Shown piece after piece: positions 25,667 through 31,566 of a stretch of 39,070 nt of DNA. Every line of letters begins with the position of its first letter. Positions within the stretch are counted from its first letter, which is position 1. A model generated the notes under the pieces. The model saw only the letters and a list, made by a program, of their open reading frames with translations. It ran no database searches and was not told the DNA's origin. The translations under genes and the position numbers were made by a program. This DNA comes from an uncultured Gemmatimonadales bacterium (lineage in GTDB: Bacteria; Gemmatimonadota; Gemmatimonadetes; Gemmatimonadales; JACORV01), in the NCBI GenBank assembly GCA_964358595.1, contig CAYHQJ010000003.1:1-39070 (forward strand), given 5' to 3'.

Positions 25667-25900
25667 ATGCCTGCGTGGAGCCGTTCGACGCCGCCGAGCG
25701 CCGCGCTGATCGCCGTGGTCGTCGTCCTGCTGCTGGGCGGGCTGGTGATGAGCCAATTCGGCGGCACCCGCGGCCGCCAGAAGGTGTGGAACCAGTCCGG
25801 GGCGGCGCTGCCGTACGTGATGGACGTGGAGCGGGCGCTTATCGAGGAACTGAAGATCTACCCGGTGTTCACCGGCGACCCCAAGCCCGACTCGCCCTAG
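25667..25900 (+). CDS. Small single-pass membrane protein, hypothetical (77 aa)
   Basis: ATG at 25667, TM segment AALIAVVVVLLLGGLVM, then a soluble tail ending YPVFTGDPKPDSP. Strong third-position GC bias consistent with coding. Confidence 0.5.
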   Translation: MPAWSRSTPPSAALIAVVVVLLLGGLVMSQFGGTRGRQKVWNQSGAALPYVMDVERALIEELKIYPVFTGDPKPDSP

Positions 25901-25922
25901 CAGCGCCGGCGATCCGCGCCCA

Positions 25923-25957
25923 TTGCGATATCCTACTTCTTATACTACCTTTGGTAG
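25923..25957 (+). promoter_or_regulatory. AT-rich promoter/operator island of the toxin-antitoxin operon
   Basis: TTGCGA (25923-25928), a 17-nt spacer, then TACCTT (25946-25951). TATACT at 25941-25946 is an alternative -10. Palindrome CTACC-TTT-GGTAG at 25945-25957 ends 1 nt before the antitoxin ATG. No Shine-Dalgarno is present. Confidence 0.45.
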
Positions 25958-25958
25958 C

Positions 25959-26261
25959 ATGGACGACTACCGCGTGCCGCCCAGCCGCCTCAGGCGGGTG
26001 AGCGAGCTGCTCCACACGCCCGGCAAGAAGGCGAAAGCGTCCGTCACCATCGCTCGGGGGCTGCTCGAGGCGGCCGACGACATCGCCGGCCAGACGGGTC
26101 GCTCGGCGCTGGTCGAGAGGGCGGTGCGCCACTACTTGCGGCGCCTGGTGCGCCGGGCGCGTCACGAGCGCGAGCTGGCGCTGCTGAACGCCCACGCGGC
26201 CCGGCTCAATCGCGAGGCCGGGCGGGCCGTCGCCGACCAGGTCGAGCTCGAGGCCGTGTGA
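25959..26261 (+). CDS. Ribbon-helix-helix (CopG/MazE-like) type II antitoxin
   Basis: The KASVTIARGLLEAADDIAGQTGRSALVERAVRHYL pattern fits an RHH fold (beta strand plus two helices). It lies immediately upstream of, and overlaps, the toxin gene (GTGA). Confidence 0.7.
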   Translation: MDDYRVPPSRLRRVSELLHTPGKKAKASVTIARGLLEAADDIAGQTGRSALVERAVRHYLRRLVRRARHERELALLNAHAARLNREAGRAVADQVELEAV

Positions 26262-26584
26262 CCCGCGGCGAGATCTACCGCCTCGCACCGCCTCCCGGCG
26301 GCGACCCCAAGCGCTCGCGCTGCTACGTCCTGGTCAGCCGGCAGACGTTGCTGGACTCGAAGGCGGACCGGGTGATCTGCGCGCCGGTCAACACCACGTT
26401 CGTGGGATTGGAGACGCAGGTCGCGGTCGGCGTCGACGAGGGCCTGAAGCACCAATCCTGCGTCAACTGCGACCAGCTGGTGCTCATCGAGAAGGGCCGG
26501 CTGACGAACTACGTGGGGAGCCTCGCGCCCGCCAGGCTGCGGGCGCTGCGGCGCGCGCTGCGCGTCGCGCTGGACGTCGAGTAG
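26258..26584 (+). CDS. PemK/MazF-family type II toxin (mRNA interferase)
   Basis: RGEIYRL...RCYVLVSRQ...VICAPVNT...CDQLVLIEKGRL..VGSL follows the MazF/PemK pattern (GDIY, RP.LVVS, V.P.TS, DQIRT.DK.RL). 108 aa, GTG start. Confidence 0.78.
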   Translation: MTRGEIYRLAPPPGGDPKRSRCYVLVSRQTLLDSKADRVICAPVNTTFVGLETQVAVGVDEGLKHQSCVNCDQLVLIEKGRLTNYVGSLAPARLRALRRALRVALDVE

Positions 26585-26587
26585 GCC

Positions 26588-28303
26588 CTAGCCCAGCAGC
26601 TTCCGCCCGACCGCGCGAGCGATGAACCGCAGCCGGTCCGGCCACGGGAGCCGGCCGAGGTTCGTCTTCACCACGCCGCGCGTGAAGTAGGTCTTTGTCG
26701 CGTAGTCGATCGCGGTATCAAGGACGATCGGCCGGTTTTCAGCGGTGACCGTCGCGACGTGCTTGAGGACGGCCGGCACCTGCTCGTCGTTGTCGAGCGC
26801 GAGGCACTCGACGCCGAGCCCGCGGCACAGTGCGCCGAGGTCGTAATCGGGGAGCTCGCTGCACGTCTTGCGGTTGAGCGCGACGCTCTGGAACTGGGCG
26901 ATCTGCGCCAGCTCCCGGTCGCGCAGCACGAACACCGCCACGCCGACGCCGAGGTGCGCCGCGGTCAGCAGCTCGAAGCCGGTCATCAGGAACGCGCCGT
27001 CGCCGGCCAGCGCCACAACCGGGCAATCGGGCCGCGCGAGCTTGGCGCCGATCGCGGCGGGCACGGCGTAGCCCATGCACGAGTAGTCCACCGGCGCGAG
27101 GAACTTGCCGGGCAGATCGAGCCGCAGCATCTCCATCGCCAGGAACGTCCCGTTGCCGCTGTCGGTCGTGAACACCGTCTCCCGGCCGAACTGGTCCTGG
27201 AGCGCGCGCAGCAGCCGGTACGGCGAGACCCGCTTCCCGCCCGGCGTCGGCGTGAACTCGCGCCACGCCTCCTCGCGCCCGGCCAGGATGCGCGCGCGCA
27301 GGTCGGCATCCTGGGTGCGCGGCGGGAGGATCTCGAGCAGTGCGTTCACCACCTGCGCCGCGTCGCCGGTGACGGTGACGTCGGCCGGGTAGTTGCGCCC
27401 GAAGACGTCCGGGTCGATGTCGACGTGGATCAGGGGCCGCGGCGGCTCGATGCCGTAGCTCGCGGTCGCGACCTCGCCGAACCGGCAGCCGATGGCCAGC
27501 GTCGCGTCGCACTCCCGGGCGAGCCGCCGCGCGAACGCCGGCGCCGCGGCGCCGAAGCCGGGCCACAGCGCCAAGTGGTGGTGCTCCGGGAAGACGCCCT
27601 TGCCCTGGAACGTCGTCGCCACCGGCGCCTCGAGCCGTTCGGCCAGCTTGACCAGCGCCTCGCCCGCGCCGGCCGCGCCGAGGCCGAGGTAGAGGAGCGG
27701 CCGGTCGGCCGCGTGCAGCGCGACGGCGGCCTGGCGGATCTCCTGCTCCGCCGGCGCGGCGGCGGCATGAGCGGGCGGGGCTTCGAACGTCGCGTCGTGC
27801 GTGAACAGGTAGAGGTCCGCCGGGACCTCGACGAACACGGGGCCCGGCGCGCCCGCGCGCGCGATCGCGCACGCCCGGCGGATCGTGGCGTAGAGCTGCG
27901 CGCCGTTGGGCGGCAGGAGCTGCGCCTTGGTGACCGGCCGCACCATCGCGAGCTGGTCCACGTCGTGGAGCTGGTACGCCTTCCCGGTGTCGCGCCGGAT
28001 GCCGCAGCCGAGGACGAGCATCGGCACGTTGTCCAGGAACGCCTCGCCGATCCCCGACATGGCGTGCGTCAGCCCCGCACCGGGGACGACGTTGGCGCAC
28101 GCCATCTTGCCCGAGGCGCGCCACACCCCGTCGGCACAGAAGGACGCGCTCTGCTCGTCGGTCACCAGCACGGCGCGCACCGTCTCCGACTCGGCAAGCG
28201 CGTCGTACAGCTCGATGTTGTGCGTCCCCGGAATGCCGAAGGCGAACGGGATCCCCTCGTCCTCGAGGGCACGCACGACGATCCTCCCGCCGGTCATGCC
28301 CAT
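26588..28303 (-). CDS. Thiamine pyrophosphate-dependent enzyme (acetolactate synthase large-subunit-like family)
   Basis: N-terminal TPP-pyrimidine domain (GIPFAFGIPGTHNIELYDAL) and C-terminal TPP motif LAGDGAFLMTGFELLTA. 571 aa. Substrate not assignable from sequence. Confidence 0.85.
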   Translation of the reverse strand: MGMTGGRIVVRALEDEGIPFAFGIPGTHNIELYDALAESETVRAVLVTDEQSASFCADGVWRASGKMACANVVPGAGLTHAMSGIGEAFLDNVPMLVLGCGIRRDTGKAYQLHDVDQLAMVRPVTKAQLLPPNGAQLYATIRRACAIARAGAPGPVFVEVPADLYLFTHDATFEAPPAHAAAAPAEQEIRQAAVALHAADRPLLYLGLGAAGAGEALVKLAERLEAPVATTFQGKGVFPEHHHLALWPGFGAAAPAFARRLARECDATLAIGCRFGEVATASYGIEPPRPLIHVDIDPDVFGRNYPADVTVTGDAAQVVNALLEILPPRTQDADLRARILAGREEAWREFTPTPGGKRVSPYRLLRALQDQFGRETVFTTDSGNGTFLAMEMLRLDLPGKFLAPVDYSCMGYAVPAAIGAKLARPDCPVVALAGDGAFLMTGFELLTAAHLGVGVAVFVLRDRELAQIAQFQSVALNRKTCSELPDYDLGALCRGLGVECLALDNDEQVPAVLKHVATVTAENRPIVLDTAIDYATKTYFTRGVVKTNLGRLPWPDRLRFIARAVGRKLLG

Positions 28304-28304
28304 C

Positions 28305-28454
28305 TCACGCGGCTCCGAGCAGCGCCGGCGCTTCGTCGCGCAGCTTCTCGGCCACGTGGTCGGCGAGCGCCATGATGGTCAGGTAGGGATTGATCTCGAG
28401 CGAGTCGGGGAACAGGCTCGCGTCCGCCACGCGCAGCCACGGCACGCCGTGCAC
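28305..28454 (-). pseudogene. 3-prime stub of a GMC-family (choline dehydrogenase-like) oxidoreductase
   Basis: The - strand reads VHGVPWLRVADASLFPDSLEINPYLTIMALADHVAEKLRDEAPALLGAA-stop, the hallmark C-terminus of GMC oxidoreductases. The frame is closed by TGA about 30 codons upstream, and no N-terminal FAD domain is present anywhere nearby. Confidence 0.65.
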
Positions 28455-28727
28455 GCGGCCAGCCGGCGAGGAACTGCGCGCGATGCCTGGCGCGCTCGTC
28501 CAGGCTCGAGGCCTCGGGGACGAACGTCTGCGCCAGGGCGCGTTTCTTCACCGGGGCCGGCATAGGGTGGCGCATCACCCGCCGGAGGCGCCGCGATGCC
28601 TTCGTCCTGCTGATCCCGGCGATCGGCGTGGCGGCGGCCGCGAACTGAAGGCGGCGCCGGCTGGGACGACGAGGATGGCGAGCAGGACGAGCGAGGCGGC
28701 GCGCACGGGAAAGCTCCTTCCCATCGC

Positions 28728-29207
28728 CTAGCTTGCGGCGCCCCCGGTCTGGTTCGTCAGGTAGCTGCCCAGGCCCATCTGGTCGATCTGGTCCCGTTGC
28801 GTCTCCGCCCAGTCGACGTGGCCCTCTTCCATCTTGAGGATCTTGGTCAGCAGGTCGGCCGTGCTCTGGTCGTCCACCTCACGTGCGAGGCGGATGCCGG
28901 CGTTGTAGGCGCGCACGGCCGCCAGTTCGGCGTCCTGGTCGGTCCCGATGATCTCCACCACGTCCTTGCCGATGCGTATCGGGTTGAGCTTGGAAACGAC
29001 CGGCACGCCCTCGAGGAAGAGAATGCGCTGAATGAGCCACTCGGCGTGGTGCATTTCGTCTTTGGCCTGCGCCTCGATGGCTCCGTGGAGTCTGCCGTAG
29101 CCCCAGCTCTCGCACATTTCCGAGTGCACCATGTACTGGCTGATAGCCGTGAGTTCGTCCGCCAGAAGCTGATTCAACACCGTGAGCAGCTTGTCGTTGC
29201 CTTTCAT
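28728..29207 (-). CDS. bfr: Bacterioferritin
   Basis: MKGNDKLLTVLNQLLADELTAISQYMVHSEM..., the haem-ligand Met region, and di-iron ligands (E..H in DEMHHAEWLIQRILFLEG and MEEGHVDW). 159 aa. Confidence 0.93.
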   Translation of the reverse strand: MKGNDKLLTVLNQLLADELTAISQYMVHSEMCESWGYGRLHGAIEAQAKDEMHHAEWLIQRILFLEGVPVVSKLNPIRIGKDVVEIIGTDQDAELAAVRAYNAGIRLAREVDDQSTADLLTKILKMEEGHVDWAETQRDQIDQMGLGSYLTNQTGGAAS

Positions 29208-29210
29208 GTT

Positions 29211-29219
29211 CCCCCCCCC
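29211..29219 (-). repeat. G9 homopolymer (C9 on + strand) 3 nt upstream of the bfr start codon
   Basis: The - strand reads GGGCGGGGGGGGGAAC-ATG. This is the longest mononucleotide run I noticed in the window. Confidence 0.9.
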
Positions 29220-29446
29220 GCCCGACCGCCAGCCGGTCAGCTAAACGCCGGACCGAGTCTCGGCAGGCTGTGATGTGGTCCAGAACCCGTGCCGAACGCC
29301 CAGGATCTTCCCCAATCCAACCGCGCTTCCGTGAGCGAACCGTGAAGCCGACATGATGGTTTCTTGGGGCGAGCTTGGCATCGGGGGTCTCCGCCGCGCG
29401 TTACGACTCAGGGCCGGCTACCGACGACCCGCAGCGCCCCCGGACC

Positions 29447-29569
29447 CACCAGCTCGATCGCCGCGTTCTGCACGACCACCCGAAGGGCGCCGGCCTCGGT
29501 CAGCAGCCGTGCCTCGTCGATCCCCGCGCGCTCAAGCGAGCCCTGCGCGTCGCCCTGGACGTGGAGTAG
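29447..29569 (+). pseudogene. Relic 3-prime end of a second MazF/PemK-like toxin gene
   Basis: The last 14 codons plus stop (RALKRALRVALDVE*) match the MazF gene tail at 26540-26584 (RALRRALRVALDVE*). There are six third-position synonymous differences and one R-to-K change. Weaker similarity extends upstream (HQL...KG..LG). No MazF N-terminal half was detectable in any frame. Confidence 0.45.
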
Positions 29570-29621
29570 CGCCCTCGGGTTCCAGCGCGCGGTCGCGCGC
29601 GGGCGCCGCCCCGGCTAGACT

Positions 29622-29807
29622 GTGTGGATGCCGTTCTTGAGGTGGCTGCGAACGCTGCGCGAGGAGCGCCGCGCGCTCGGGTGGAAGGGACTGCTGAAGA
29701 AGCGCGGCTGGACGCTGGTCGCCGTCGTGATCGTGTTCTACCTGATCCGTGACCTCGTCCTCTACGTGCTCATCCCCGCCGGGCTCATGGCCTGGCTGCT
29801 GACCTGA
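29622..29807 (+). CDS. Small membrane protein, hypothetical (59-61 aa)
   Basis: Basic N-terminus (RWLRTLREERRALGWKGLLKKRGW) followed by a hydrophobic hairpin-like stretch TLVAVVIVFYLIRDLVLYVLIPAGLMAWLL. GTG at 29622 or ATG at 29628. GC3-rich codons. Confidence 0.4.
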   Translation: MWMPFLRWLRTLREERRALGWKGLLKKRGWTLVAVVIVFYLIRDLVLYVLIPAGLMAWLLT

Positions 29808-31422
29808 GCGGCTTCCCGCTCAGCACGTCCTAGAGCTGAACCCTCAGCCCCGCGTTCGCGACGCGCGTAGTAGGCCGTGGCGGCGATCGGGTGCCCTTCG
29901 TACACCACGAACATCTCGCCCCCCGCCGCGCGCGCCGGCCCCGGGGCGTTGACCAGCTCGAGCGGCGGCGTGCCAAGCGCGGTGGCCGCGGAGGCGCGTA
30001 CGGTGGCGGGGTGTCGAATCGCGCTCGCGAACAGCGTCAGCGTGACTTCCACTTTCTCGGCGATGTCACCGCTCGCGTCCAGCGAGACGTTGCGTCCCCG
30101 CTCCGCGACGAGGCCCGACACGGGGCGCAGCAGCGTCAAACCCGTGACCTCGGTCTGCTCGTTGAACGGTGTCGGCGCGAAGAACCCGGTACCGCCCGAC
30201 AGGCGCACGCGCCACTCCCCCGGCGGCCGCAGCAGCAGCGAGACGCGCGGGCTGCTCATCGTGCCGTACACGTTGTGGGCATCGCACCGCCCGCTCGCCG
30301 AGGCGGCCAGCCAGTGCACCGGCGCGTAGGTCGCCTGGCCGAAGACCGAGGGAGTCATGAAGGTGAAGTCGTGCTGCGGCAGCTGGTCGGCGCGATAGCT
30401 GTCGCGCTGCCATGCCAGGCCGATCAGGCCGTCGAGCGGCGCGCGAGCGGCCGACAGCGTCGCTTCGCCGAACAGCGTTCCGAGGCGTCCACTCTCGCGC
30501 GCGGCGCCGAAGCGCTGGATCTGGCGGCGCAGCGACCCGGCGGCCCGCACGCCGAGCGCGACCGTGCCGCGCAGCGGTAATCGGCCGGTGGCTCCGCCGT
30601 CCACACGACGCGTGTCCACGCCGTCGTCGAACGGCCGGCCGTCGGGTGCTGTTCGCCTGCTCACCGTGCCCCCGTCGCGGTTCACGATCATCACGCCGAG
30701 CGTGCCGAAGAGACTGGCGCCGCGCTCGCCGTTCCAGAACAGCCGGGGCCGGACGCCGACGCGCCGGTAGCCGGGCAGGTCCATCCATCCGTCGCCGTCC
30801 ACGTCGCGCGCAGCCTGATCGTGCGCATCGGCGATCAGCGTGTAGCCGACGCGATCGGAGAACAGCCTGGAGGTCCACAGGAACACATCCCCGCCGGCGG
30901 GCGCGCGTCCGCTGACGAGCACCTCGGTGAGGTCATCGGGCCGCCGGGAGACGAGGTTCATCACGCCGCCCAACGCCGCCGGCCCGTAGAGTGCCGTCGC
31001 CGCGCCCTTGATGACCTCGACCTGCGTCAGGTCCAGCGGCGGCATCTGGAGCAGGATGAGTCCCGGGCTCACCGACCCGGCGAGCGGCAGCCCGTCGGAG
31101 AGGACCTGTGTACTGGCCGCGCAGGCCCTGGATGCGGATCGCGGCGCCGCCGCGGCCCTGCGCGGAGGCGCAGCACTGCCACACCCTCCGGGTTCGTGAG
31201 GGTCGCGACGCGGCCGGCGCGCACTTGCGCGAAGGAGACCGCGCCCTCGGTCGAGCGCAGGTGCACGGTGAGGACGGCGGTGGAGTCCGCGGTCTGCGCC
31301 CAGGCGTCCGCGCCGCCCGAGCGGAGGACCGCGACGGCAGCGGCGATCGTGAGCGAGCGGATGGAGGACGCGAAGGACGCGAACGCAGCGGCGTGTGCCC
31401 GGGGCGGGGCCATCTTCCTCAT
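29762..31422 (-). pseudogene. Degraded TonB-dependent receptor (frameshifted, internally deleted, 3-prime truncated)
   Basis: Frame A (from ATG 31422): signal peptide plus half of a carboxypeptidase-regulatory-like domain, ending at a stop at 31069. Frame B: plug fragment GGAAIRIQGLRGQY. Frame C: QVLSDGLPL...LDLTQVEVIKGAATALYGPAALGGVMNLVS plus barrel strands. The C-terminal region after ATAYYA is non-homologous and lacks the terminal strands. Confidence 0.7.
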
Positions 31423-31566
31423 TCCAGCCGGAACCTGCGCCTCGGCCGCCAGCGAATCAAGAGCCCCGCCTGGCCTCAGAGCGCGCTGGCCAACCGGTGC
31501 GCCGGCCTGTACTGTAGTGGCAGGTCGCGGCAGGCTCGCGACAGTCTCCCCAACATCCGGAGTCCC

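Noticed and set aside
29208-29350. Fur or IdeR/DtxR iron box upstream of bfr
   Set aside because: No AT-rich Fur-like 19-mer is present. The best IdeR-like stretch (TTAGCTGACCGGCTGG) matches the consensus at too few positions.
29400-29620. Protein-like - strand reading LLHVQGDAQGSLERAGIDEARLLTEAGALRVVVQNAAIELVGPGALRVVGSRP-stop
   Set aside because: There is no in-frame start that gives more than a few dozen codons. The + strand carries the MazF-tail match with synonymous-only differences, so the - strand openness is taken as a GC artefact.
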